A stretch of DNA of 64,000 bases, taken from the NCBI RefSeq assembly GCF_018977255.1, contig NW_024704742.1, positions 47,864,001 to 47,928,000 of the forward strand. The letters are read 5' to 3'. Under the pieces are notes generated by a model. It did no database searches. It had not been told where the DNA came from and saw only the letters and a list, made by a program, of their open reading frames with translations. Position 1 is the first letter of the stretch; each line of letters starts with the position of its first letter. The translations under genes were made by a program, and so were the position numbers. This DNA is from Callorhinchus milii. Taxonomy: Eukaryota. This document shows positions 27,790 through 39,172 of this stretch, piece after piece.

Positions 27790-28400
27790 TTCATGTTGGT
27801 AGGACATCTCAAAGGGATTTACACTGTTGGGTGGGCTCCTGAGTCGGGGTTGGAAGCCGAAGCGGGTAGGGAGGGGAATAACTGAAAGAGGGGACAAATA
27901 GGCAAGTCTTGAAGTGGGCTTTGCACATGGGGAGTCAGAAGGACTTCCGGATGGAGTTCCAGAGAGCTGGGGTAGAATGGTCAAAAGTTCATCTGCCAAT
28001 ATGAAATGCATCAGTCAAGCAGATAAGGCGAGGAGCATGAAGCAAAGGGAACGCCAGATTGGTAGAGTTGGAAGAGGTTGCAGAGGTAAAGTGAAGCAAG
28101 GCTGTGGAGGGATTTGAAAATGAGAACCAAAATTTTGAATTCGATCCACTTGAGGATGGGGAGTTAATGTAGGTGAGTGATAATGGGGGCGATAGGCTCA
28201 CGGAACCCAGTGCAGGAGAAAACATCGGATGCAGTTTTGGATAGTTCACAGCTTGTCTAGTGAAGAGCTAGGAAATCCAAAGAGCAGGGCGTTCACATAA
28301 GGCTGGATGTAATGAAAACATAAATGAGGGTCTCAGTTGCCGGTGGGATGGATGGAGAAGTAAGACGAGGTGGTGGTGGAGGCGGGCAATGTTACACAGT
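27790..28400 (-). mobile_element. Decayed L2 3' fragment
   Basis: Similar to the other L2 copies (GAATTCAAAATTTTGGTTCTCATTTTCAAATCCCTCC on the minus strand). Confidence 0.7.
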
Positions 28401-30444
28401 AAAGAGTAAAAAGTGAAACAGCAACCTTATGCCAAACACCTAGATTTTTTTTCAGTTACAGTGTAATTAATGTATTTGCATGCAGACATTTAGACGGCTC
28501 AGTTGGTCCTCTTCTCTTCGACTCTTCATTGCAGTGCTTGTATTTGTTGCATTGGCTGAGGTGTGTCCTTCAGATCAGATGTTAAACTGTTGATCTGCTC
28601 AAGTAGCTGTTGAAGAGCACATGGCACTATTCGAAAAGAAAAGCAAGTTCTTCCTGGTTTCCCAACCCCAAATTTCCTGAATAAAATTGGTCATTCACTC
28701 CATGGCCATTTGTGGGTTATACCCTGTCCAAATCATGGAATCATAGAATTCTACAGCACAGAAAAAGACCATTCGGTCCATCGTGCCTGTGCTGGCTCTT
28801 TGAAAGAGCTATCCAAATACCACTCCCCTGCTCATAGAATTAAATTGGCTTCTGTGCTCACCTACAACACATCACTACATTTTATACTGAATACTGTGAA
28901 GTGCTCTGAAATGCCCTCCTGACGTGAAAATCACTACATCAATTGCAAGGATTATTATTTTTAGTATAGATATATTTCAATATTGAAGCTAAAATTACAA
29001 AATCACCCAATTTTAAAAATTAGAACATTTTTATTTTTATTTCAAGGGTGGTTGCACTTTGCAATCATCTTTTGGATGTGGTTATCAGGGTGAGATGATG
29101 AAATCCTTTGAATTCTGCAATGTCAGATATCCTTCTTCTTAAGGATTTTCTTACATGATGATTGTGCTAAGACACCATTACTGCCTTCAGCTGAGCTCAG
29201 CCTATTCAGCATATACCGCAGATTGAGTCCGAGAACATTTCAGTCTCAGTTTCATACTAAATAATAATAATGATCCTTGCTTTTGATATAGCACCTATAA
29301 CATTGCAGCATCTTAGAGCCCTTCAAAGGTAATTGTTGCTAAAAGTGGCTTTCTCAACTGTGAAATTCGAGGAAGCTAATTTAGATTTTAATAATTCACA
29401 CTGAAAATGAAGTCTAAAAGATCACCTCAAAGCAGTGGAAACATTTGCATAATGTATATCTCTTTTAAAAAAAGAGGAAGGTCTGTTGGGCTCACAAATG
29501 CTTCTTGAAACAGCTGCATAATATGCAAATGTTAGGTGATCTATTTATGAATCTAGCTTTGATAGAGAAATTAAATGCACATGAAAATGAATGACTTTCT
29601 CCAATGCTATTTAAGCTTATTACCCATGCAACTGATTTTATTATTATTTCCTCTTACACAGTGGTGGTACTGCATGAAACCTTTACTTTGTACAAATATG
29701 ATTGGGTTGTTACTTCTCTCCTAATGCTTTACAATGAGGAGGGGGTACGAAATAAGTCTAATTTCCTTCTAAATTATCCAGTAATTGATTTCAGAAAATG
29801 CAAGTACTTTATGTGGATAAAACTGAATGTTTTTATTAAAAAGAAATTTGGAAAAACAAGGATTAAAACAACCCAAAGGTATAAAATCATCCCAAAAGTA
29901 ATAAAATCAACAAGTCACATAGCACCCAACACAAACATAAATTAATAAGCTAATATCATAATAATCCTTGGATTTGATACCGTGTTTTTTCACAGCAAAC
30001 TGATTCAAATAGCTTCAAGGATTTTTCTGTAACGTGTATAGGTGGACACAGCAGACAATCTGCTCACAGATTGGCTGCGACAAACACCTAGCAACACCGA
30101 GCAGAACAGGAATGACCAGGAGATTGTTGGCCAGCGCTCTGGAAGAAACTTCCTTCTCTTTTCAAATGGTGCTATTGGTTCTTTGAAGTCCACGAGAGCT
30201 GGAGACAGGACGTTGGTTTAAGATCTCATCGGAAGGATGAGCAATGCAGTTTTCCCCCAGCACTACGTCGGAGTGTCAGCCAAGTCCCGCAATTTGGGGC
30301 TTGAATTCAATTTTCTCATCCAAAGGCACCAAGTTCTACCAACTGAGCTGGCCTGACACTACGCAGGCTTTAACATTTTTAGGTCTGCAAAAGTATTTGT
30401 ATGGAGAGATAATTAACAAGATTAGTCAATACACCAATCTCAAT

Positions 30445-30548
30445 TCAATTCTGACAAAAGTTTGTGGACCCGAAACGTTGACTCACTTTCCTTTCTCCAT
30501 AGATGCTGCCTGACCTGCTGAGTTTTCCCAGCTCTCTCTTGTTTTTGT
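30445..30548 (+). mobile_element. Short Penelope-like terminal-repeat fragment with 15-bp TSD
   Basis: Homologous to 38820-38918 in reverse orientation; flanked by TACACCAATCTCAAT at 30430-30444 and 30549-30563. Confidence 0.8.
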
Positions 30549-31139
30549 TACACCAATCTCAATGGTTGGTGCGAATTATTCATCTCATATGTCAGTTAAA
30601 GAGTGTTATAGCAGCTTCAACATAAAGTGAAATAAATCATAATGCTTCCTCCCTGCCCTGAAAAAAAATCGGAACATCTTTTAAACTGATTTGAAAATAC
30701 AGGTGTTCAGCATAAAGTCAGATCGACTGTTTGATCAGGAAATCTGCGAGCTATAATGTGTGAAACCTGTTTACCGAACTGACAGACAGACATTTTTGGT
30801 CTCTACTTTCAACAACCGCTCGACGAGCGCACAGCAACGCCAACACGTTACGTTTGTATGGAGCGCCTTTCACGTCGGGAGAATACCCCAAGGCGTTGGA
30901 CAGTCAGGATTTGCAACAACAGCAACATGCATTTACATAACAGCGTCCTTCGCACGGGCCAGTACCTCAGAGCGCCAAACAGTTTTTTTTTTTTTTTTAC
31001 AGACTGTAATTCACAGATTTCCTCTGGTGATGATAATAATAATAATAATAATCTTTGCATTTGATATAGCGCCTCATCACGTCCTCGAGACGTCTCAAAG
31101 CGCTTCACAGGAATACACTGCAAAGTGGATTGACTGTAT

Positions 31140-32480
31140 ATTTTGTGGGCGAAACGCGGCCGGTCGGCCGTCTTGACTTTACGCTGAAAACGCTCATTTT
31201 CAAACCAATTCAGAAGAGGTTTTCTGATCATTCCTGACTCCGCTGCCAAACCTTCAGCAAAGACTTCAGCAAAGCCCGGCTCCCGGACAGCCGGGACTGG
31301 TGGTGAGGAGGAGGAGGAGGAGGAGCAGGAGGAACAACAAGAAGAGGGAACCAGAAAGAAACAAGGCAACGAACAACCTCAACGGCACGTCAGCCGTCCC
31401 AGCACATCCCCGGACGACGACCACGACGACAACAACAACAACTTGCACTTGTCTGGCGCCGCTCAGGCGGGGGAAGCGTCTCGCGGCGCTTAAAACCACG
31501 GCACAACAGACCGACCGACCGGCAAACCAGAGCCCCGGAGAAGCTAACAAGTGTTTTACCTTTCGCGCCGGTGGTGGGTGGTGGGGGGTGGGGGGGGGAG
31601 AAGAGAGAGGAACTGTAATTGATATTGGTTTTAAATGAAGCCCCGACAACAGGGTACATCCCTCGCGCCCCACCCGCCCGCCCGAGCGAGCGAGCGAGCG
31701 AGCGACGGTTGAACGGGTTCCAACGGTGATACTGACCGTTGCTCTCGCGCCTCTCTCTCTCCCCCCCCTCGCCGCCTCGTCACGGGCAACCGGCTCGCGC
31801 GCCAACTGCCACCTCGCGCCCCACCCGCCCCCCGGGCTCGCGTTCTCTCACCGCTGCGCTCGTGCTCCTCGTCGCCTGCTCGGTTGCGCTCTGCAGGGCG
31901 GCGGGGGTTGATGATTCCGTCGCGCGCACTCACTCACTCTCTCTCTCTCTCTCTCGCCGCAGTTTGTTTTCGTTCCCTCCACTCCGTGCGGAACAACAAT
32001 ACGTACGCAAAGCGCCACGTCACCAGGACCACAAGGAAGGGGCGGAGCCGGATCTGAAGCACGTGATCCGCCCTCCTCCCCCCCCACCCCATGTTACTTG
32101 CGCGCGCATACGTTTGGGCGCTTCAGCGTTTCCCTGGACTTCCTCCTCCCCACCCGGGTCACTAAGCGCATGCGCGTGAGCGCTCACTCACATCACATCA
32201 CTCTCTCTCTCCCCTCTCTGGTCATGTGATGACCCAACCAGGACAGACACACTCACTCACACACAGACACACAGACAGACAACAGACACACACACACAGA
32301 CAGACAGACTGCAGCAGTTTTTTTTTGCAGGAGCAGAACGGTCGCTTGCTGTAGGTCGTCGGCCCGATTTGGCGATCGCTTAAAAAAAAAATACGCAGCC
32401 AAAGAGCCAGAAATTGAGACATTTCGGGGCCGACCCCTATGTCGTGTCCTCCGGCGCGCCAGGGCACGCCCGGCGTAAGA
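31140..32480 (-). promoter_or_regulatory. SMIM14: CpG island: SMIM14 promoter and non-coding exon 1
   Basis: CpG-dense. Candidate minus-strand donor ACG|GTCAGT at 31737/31736; GCCACGTCA 32014-32022; GC box 32039-32047; CACGTG 32060-32065; NRF1-type GCGCATGCGC 32166-32175. Confidence 0.8.
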
Positions 32481-32750
32481 CGGCTGTCGAAAGAGCCAGA
32501 GGGGAGATGGGGAGAATTATTTCCGCAGAGCGAGCTGTTCGGGTCTGGAGTGCGTTGTCTGAATGGGCGGCAGAAACGGATTCGATACCAACTTTCAAGA
32601 GTGAAGTGGATGGATATTTGGGGAGGACAAGGTTGCAAGGCTATGGGGACAGAGCGGGGGAGTGGGATCCATTTGGGTAGCTCCTTTAAAGAGCCGGCAC
32701 GGGCACGATGGGCCGAATGGCCTCCTTCTGACCTGTAATTCTTTGATTTT
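32480..32750 (+). mobile_element. CR1 LINE 3' end
   Basis: RAVRVWSAL...IPTFKSEVDGYL...LQGYG, then tail GATGGGCCGAATGGCCTCCTTCTG. Confidence 0.85.
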
Positions 32751-33734
32751 ATGTTATTTTAGAGTGACGAGCATTTGCAAGAAGCACCTGCAGGCGGCGC
32801 AGTGCCAGTTGCTGATACTGTATATGTCAGGCAGAGTGAGATAAATGACATGTATTCTTTTGGTTGGTCCTCGCAAATGCTCTCGTCAGGGCTTTCCAAT
32901 GATGACCTAAAATGCTTTTTTGTGCTGAGAGATTACGTGGAACAGGAGCTGTCTAGACTCTTGTAAACTGGTGCAAGTTGGGGAGGGTATGAAATTTTTT
33001 TTAAATGTGTGAAAATATGTCCTTGTGGCTGTAAGACCAAGTCATACTTTTCATTTTAATTACCATTTTAGAAAAATTGCATGCATTAACTGCTATTAAT
33101 AATGGTTTGCCAGATTTAAAATTGAATCCCTTCAAAAATAATAATTTGGTCACTCAAACCACAGCTGTTTGTGGGACACTGCTGTGCACAATTGGCTGCC
33201 ACGTTTCGCCCACAAAAATATAGTCAATTCACTTTACAGTATATTCTGTGAAGCACTTTGAGAAGTCTCGAAGACGTGAAAGATGCTACATCAAATGCAA
33301 GGATTATTATTGGTTATACAAGATGTTGGAACTGGGGCCTTCTGATTTAATAGGGTGCTTTCGATTCTGCTGTGGATTCTGGGACAGCCTCAACTCCGTA
33401 TCATTTTTTGGGGCTGCAAAAGGAGGAAAAAAAACAAGAAAGATATTGGTAAATATTTACAATCACGAGCTGAAAAAATCTGAAGCAGTCGATAAAAAAG
33501 AGAAAAATATTCTACTGAGTTCCAAGGGTAATCACTCAAACAACTACTTATCAGTGTTGACTAGTTACCCAAAGTACAGTATCTCGAAAGTACAGAGCAC
33601 TCAAATAGCCAGAATATTGAGCAATTAACAACAAACATAAAAAGATTTACAGGTGAACTGTAATCTTAATCATTGGTTGTTAATTACATAGTTAAGGGTA
33701 CCTAAAGATCTCTGTCCGCAACCTTTAGACCGGG

Positions 33735-34021
33735 TTTGCCTTCACTCCACTGGGATTGGCCTCCTTGTCCTCTGAGTCCTCCGCTCCACCATCGGCGGTT
33801 GTGCCTTCAGCCACTACGCCCCGAGGCTCTGGAACTCCCTTCCCTACTCCTTCGCCTCGCCCCCTCTCTTCCCACATTCAGGTCTCGGCTGAAGACCTAT
33901 CTTGTCGAACACGCCTTTGGTCACCTTCCTCCCCCTCCCACTGGCTCGGCCCCGGATCCTTTACTGTGAAGCGCTCTGAGACGCCATAAGGGTGTCTATA
34001 TAAATCCAAGTTGTTGTTGTT
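33735..34021 (+). mobile_element. L2 3' end
   Basis: LAPSLPTFRSRLKTYL; tail GCGCTCTGAGACG...CTATATAAATCCAAG(TTG)n. Confidence 0.85.
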
Positions 34022-36274
34022 ACACAAGGTTAGCACAAGGCTCAAATATTATACCCCATTAGTGTAGTAAAGAAGTAGAGTAATTCTCAATCGCACCAGA
34101 AATTAGAGCAGTAAATCTCTGATCATTTGATGCTGTCCTCTTAGGGAATGTCCTGTAATCTGACAGGGATATGTAGCTTCCTCAGATAATACAAATCGAG
34201 ATCAAGATAAATAGACATTTGTCTTTTTTCAGAGAAGTAGATTTGTCTCGATTCTGTTTACTTCACCAATGACCCATTGAATGTCATTAAAAGTGACACT
34301 GTTCATGAGACCATTCTATAATATGTAACTCTAACTGAAAGATAAGTAGCAACCAGATTACTGCAGGCTGACATAAATAAAACAGGACTGTTTAGCAAAC
34401 CAATGATGTTTTATCGAGAGTTATGAGAAAGGTGTGTTGCTCATCCCTTCTCCTCGACAAAAGTTGAAAACTATTTCAGGATTAAATAAACATTAAACTT
34501 TAGTTTGATAATTCCATCTGATCTCGACTGTGACAAACAGTAAAATGCATTGAAAACCTATTACAACAATATGAAACTTAAGAAAGAGCCTCATCAGATC
34601 CAGACCTTTCAACAATTTCAAAAATATATATTCTCGGTGTAGCAACTACTATAGGAATTACATTTATCTCGTGCCTTTTACATCGAGATGAAGTCTCAAA
34701 GAACTGCATACAACTGAGTGGGGGGAGCTGAGGGAGCTCATGCTGGGATACATTTCCATGACCACCCTTATGTATCATATCCAAGTAGTCTTTATAAATG
34801 TGATCCTAAAGAAGTAGGCACCATAGTTGCTTTTAATGCTGCACTCATTCAGTGTCTGTACACGCTGACTGTTTAATATGTCACAAGAGTGCAATGGGGA
34901 ATGGGATCCATGGCTAACTTTTCAACTTCCCAAGCTTGGGGCAAGTGAAGCCAATTGCAATGGCCATGGTCTGTATGATGAGGTATCTTAACAGCCAAAT
35001 TCATTGATCCATCAGGAAAATACCAATAAATTATTTCATTATAATCTTTTGGACAAGTGTCAAAAGCATGTAAATCTTATTTCTTACTGGTAAAATTCCA
35101 TTAGGTCACCACTACTAATAGAATTGTAAGTGCTGTGTCTTTAAATTTATTTTGAAGTACGGTATCATGCACTCCTGGTATGTAGGAAAACAAATGCAGC
35201 ACACTCGACTGCAAGCAAGATATTCAACTGATATTTAAGTGAGATAATTTTGGATGAGCGATTAAACTTCAATTACTGCCTTAATTGCCTTTTCCTTTCT
35301 GGCGGTAATAATTCCTTAAAAAAAATAAGAATAAATTAGTCGCTTCAATCCATGACTGTTTGTGGGACACTGCTGTGTGTAATACGGCTGCTGCGTTTCG
35401 TCCACAAAATATACAGTCAATTCAATTTACAGTATAGTCTGTGAAGCGCTTTGAGACATATCGAAGACATGAGAAGGCACTATATCAAATGCAAGATTAT
35501 TATTATTAATGAAAATTTAAATAAAAACAATTATTTTCAATATCTCCATATTTTATGTTCTCTCATACTTGCAGCTGCTCAGGTTACATATACTTCAGGA
35601 ACTTCCTTTCTATTTTCCAGAACAGATATCAACCTGACTCAGTTGGCAGCACTCACCTCTGAGTTAGAAGATTGTGAGTTCAAGGCTGCCACTCCAATGG
35701 AGGGCTGGGGTAGGATGCATTGCTGGAGGTGTGTCTTCAGATGTCCTGAGGTCCCGTTTAACTGAGGTCACATCTGCCTTTCAGGTGGATAAAAGACCCC
35801 ATGGCACTACTTATAAATGCTCTGAATTTCCTCTTTATGGAAATGGAATATATATCAAATGGAAGGATTGATTATTTTTATTATATATCAGCGTTCGTCT
35901 TTCAGACCAGCCTAGATCTTGAACATTACTGCTGCTTACTCAGCTGCGTTCTCCTATGACTTTACTTCCCCCAGTCACTCCCTCTGCTTTGCCAATTGAC
36001 CTGCTTCAAACCCACCCCACCCTCACCACAATTTATTTGTATTTGTGAAACACTTTGAGACATTCTCCCGATGTGATAGATACTGTATAAATGTAAATTG
36101 GTTTAGATTGAAACACATTTCTCAAGGGCTGAAGGTGTCCCCGCAGACAACCCTTTTCCTCCCCAAAACTCTCTAGGCGCCAAATCATCAAAGAATGATA
36201 CAGACATGATTCCTGTCTTCGTGAACAACCGAGGAAGTCATGTGTCGGATTGCCTCTCTGACTGGGCGAGCCCA

Positions 36275-36328
36275 ATTGCTTCTTGGTCTTTTGGCTAAGA
36301 TGAAGTGTAGTTTCTGTGCTTATCAGTT
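36275..36328 (+). pseudogene. U2 snRNA 5' fragment (nt 1-54)
   Basis: ATTGCTTCTTGGTCTTTTGGCTAAGATGAAGTGTAGTTTCTGTGCTTATCAGTT matches the vertebrate U2 5' end as I recall it at 48/54; similarity stops there. Confidence 0.9.
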
Positions 36329-36617
36329 ATTCCTTGGCATATGCGCCTGCCAGAAAGATCTTCTGTTGAAATTCACTTGTGTTTACATTATGGCGAGAAA
36401 ATAATGTATTATGGGAGGATGAGCTCCTGGATTTTGGCCTGCTGTTAGTTGTGATCTGAGGTGTTTGATCTGACCTCACAAAGAGGAAAGCGGAAATACT
36501 GTAATACAGAGCCAGCCTGAGCACTTGGTCGCTATGTAAATTGCTGTTATTATTGATACTAATTTCCTGCTTGATCACTGACTCCTGTGTAAATGAAAGA
36601 GTTGCTTCAGTATAAAT

Positions 36618-37250
36618 GCAACAACAAAAACTTGCATTTATGTAGCACCCCTCACAAAGGCTAGCGTCCCATGAGGAGTGGTATATAGCACCCCTCACAA
36701 AGGCTAGCGTCCCATGAGGAGTGGTATATAGCACCCCTCACAAAGGCTAGCGTCCCATGAGGAGTGTTTGACAGTGGTGGAGCATGATGCTGAGCCGGGG
36801 TGAGGGGGTGGGGGGTGACCATAGGCACAGTCAAATACGAAGGTCTTCAGATGTGGGGAAGGAAGGTCAGCTGTGGGTTGAACCTGATGCCAAGGTTGCG
36901 CCACTGATTTGGAAAGTCTGAGGGAAAGGCCGGGGAGGTTGAGGAGGTCAGAACCGCAGGATAGAAGACGTTGACCGGAGCCACTGAGTATGATTTCCGT
37001 CTTGCCAACATTGATTTGTAGAAAATTTTGGCTCATCCAGGCCCTGATATCTGCCAGACAAACCGAGAGAACATTGACGGACCTGGGTTCACAGCTGGAG
37101 GAGGAGAAGTAGATTTGTGAGTCATCTGCATATTTGTGGAGGTTTACCACATATCTGCAGATGGCATCGCCAAGAGGGAGCATATAGATGAGGAAGAGGA
37201 GGGGGCCAAGGATGGAGCCATGGGGTACACCCAAGGTGATTGGGGGGTGG
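36618..37250 (-). mobile_element. Internally deleted L2 with reverse-transcriptase remnant
   Basis: GVPHGSILGPLLFLIYMLPLG...YADDSQIY; (TTG)n tail. Confidence 0.9.
36643..36766. repeat. 43-bp tandem repeat, about 2.9 copies
   Basis: TAGCACCCCTCACAAAGGCTAGCGTCCCATGAGGAGTGGTATA repeated without mismatches. Confidence 0.95.
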
Positions 37251-37837
37251 TGGGATGAGAAACCATTCGAGGAGATAAAGTGAAGATGATTTGTTAGGTA
37301 GACTGCAAGGCATTCCTAGAGTATGGTGCACGGTAGTGGCTCCTGGTGCAAGTGATATACAGTAAGACAGGCCAAGGTTGCATCAGAAATTAAGTTATGA
37401 TTGAATTGAATTAGCAATTGCTAACAGACATAAAGATAGAAAACATTTCTTATCCTGGTCATGAATCAATTTCAGTGAGATCTACAAGAGGCTGAATCAA
37501 CTTTTGTTTTTTTCTCTGTCTTGAACCTTCTGCAGTAACACTGCTGGAATGCCTGATAATTGCTGTCACATTCAAGTGCTTAGTTATCATAAATCTTGTG
37601 TTGTATGTCTTCCAGGTACAGAATTGTTCAGTATCAATTATGTTTTTTGGTTCATTATGTCTCAGAAAAATTAGGATTTTGCTCAAAAATTTAAAAATGG
37701 CAGTCACAAAACATTATATTCTAGCATTTTTTTAAACACTTTTTGGGACTTATATGCAGGCTAATATTTGTGCCATGTTTGTCCCTGTCTGGGCATAAAG
37801 GAGATGTGCCATTGTTGATAGAAGTTGGAGCAAACTA

Positions 37838-38206
37838 ATAATAATAAATAATAATTCTTGTATTTGATATAGCGCCTTATCACGTATTCGAGACATCTCA
37901 AAAAACTTCACAGAATATATTGTAAAGTGAATTGACTATATATTTTCTGGGCGAAATGCGGCAGCAGTGTCCCATAAACATTAGTGGATTGAGTGACCAA
38001 ATTAATTTTTTATTTCTTTTGAAGGAATTATTACCCACAGAAAAATGATCCACCAATCGACTAACAACCGGATTCATAATTATTGCTTGGTAAACAGAGG
38101 CGTGTGGAGTAAGAAAACTTGCCTATCGTTTTGCCCTGCTGGGAATCAAACCCAGGTCCTCTTGTTTGCGAGGTGAGTGCTCTAACCACTAAGCTACGGG
38201 ACTCCA
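37838..38206 (-). mobile_element. Full-length SINE, longer subfamily
   Basis: Head ends at ACTCCA (~38206); (ATT)n tail at ~37838. Confidence 0.88.
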
Positions 38207-38264
38207 CTGTAACAGATACCACCATCACAATTAACCATATAGCTTCTCTCGAATCAATCATATT

Positions 38265-38640
38265 CAACAACAACTTGCATTTATAAAGTGCCCTTCGTGC
38301 AGGGCAGCTTCTCGGAGAGTTTAACAGTGGTGGATTCTGACGCCGAGCCAGGGGAAGGAGGAGGTGACTGTAAGCAGGGGTCGAAGAGGAAGGCTTTAAG
38401 TTGTGATCTAAAAAAGGAGAGGTGTGGTCAAAGCAGAGGGATTGGGAGTGAGAGTTCCAAAGCTTCGGGTCATAGCAGCTGAGAGTAGAGCCGCCGATGG
38501 GGAGTGCAGAGGGATGAGGGACAAGCAGGAGCACAGAACCAGCCGAGTGGAGGTAACAGGTAGTGGAATGGGGAGAAAGCAAGTCAGAAAGATAGGCAGG
38601 TGCCAGGGCTTGAAGGGATTTGTAGACAAGTGAGAAGATC
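38265..38640 (-). mobile_element. L2 3' fragment
   Basis: HSAGSVLLLVP...IGGSTLSCYDPKLWNS; (TTG)n tail. Confidence 0.8.
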
Positions 38641-38819
38641 TTTATGTTAAACGTATGCTTTTACATTGATCTTAAACTTAATTTGATCTTAAACTAAATT
38701 TGATCTTACATATAATACTTGAAAAAGCATTCTGGGCCACTGACTAATATTTTGGGGCAGGGGGAACGGGATAAATTTTTTTTTAGCTGTTCTTGTGTTA
38801 ATCAAGAATCATTTGGGAG

Positions 38820-39172
38820 ACTAACAGAAGTCGCTGGGAACACTTAGCAGGTCAGGCAGCATCTATGGAGAAACGAAAGTGAGTCAATGTTTCGGGTCCA
38901 TGACCCTTCCTCAGAACTGGGGCACGTTGGGAGGGAGAGGCTTTTAAGGGCTAACAGAAAGGGGGGAGGCAGGACACGGACAACAAAAGAGAAAATGGGA
39001 TAGAGGATGGGGGATGATGGGTTAAAGCGGTGTTAATGATGGAAAACAAAGGGGTGGGGGGAACAACAAAAACAAGAGAGAGAAAAAGTGTGTCTAGGAC
39101 CCAGATGATGTGATAATGGTCACAGAAGAGGGGGAGGGGAAAGGTGAGCTGTCATGGTCTGAAATTATTGAA
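38820..39172 (-). mobile_element. Penelope-like element 3' region with a minimal hammerhead motif
   Basis: Minus strand reads TTCAATAATTTCAGA, a pyrimidine-rich tract, then CTGAGGAAGGGTCATGGACCCGAAACATTGAC...GATGCTGCCTGACCTGCT, a layout I recognise from shark Penelope-like repeats. Confidence 0.7.

Noticed and set aside
31266-32179. Overlapping ORFs in the SMIM14 CpG island
   Set aside because: Stop-poor GC-rich and simple-repeat sequence with no recognisable domain
36643-36766. CRISPR-like repeat
   Set aside because: Head-to-tail units with no spacers, eukaryotic context, no cas genes
38668-38710. 17-bp tandem repeat TGATCTTAAACT(T/A)AATT, about 2.5 copies
   Set aside because: Ordinary slippage duplication with no further structure
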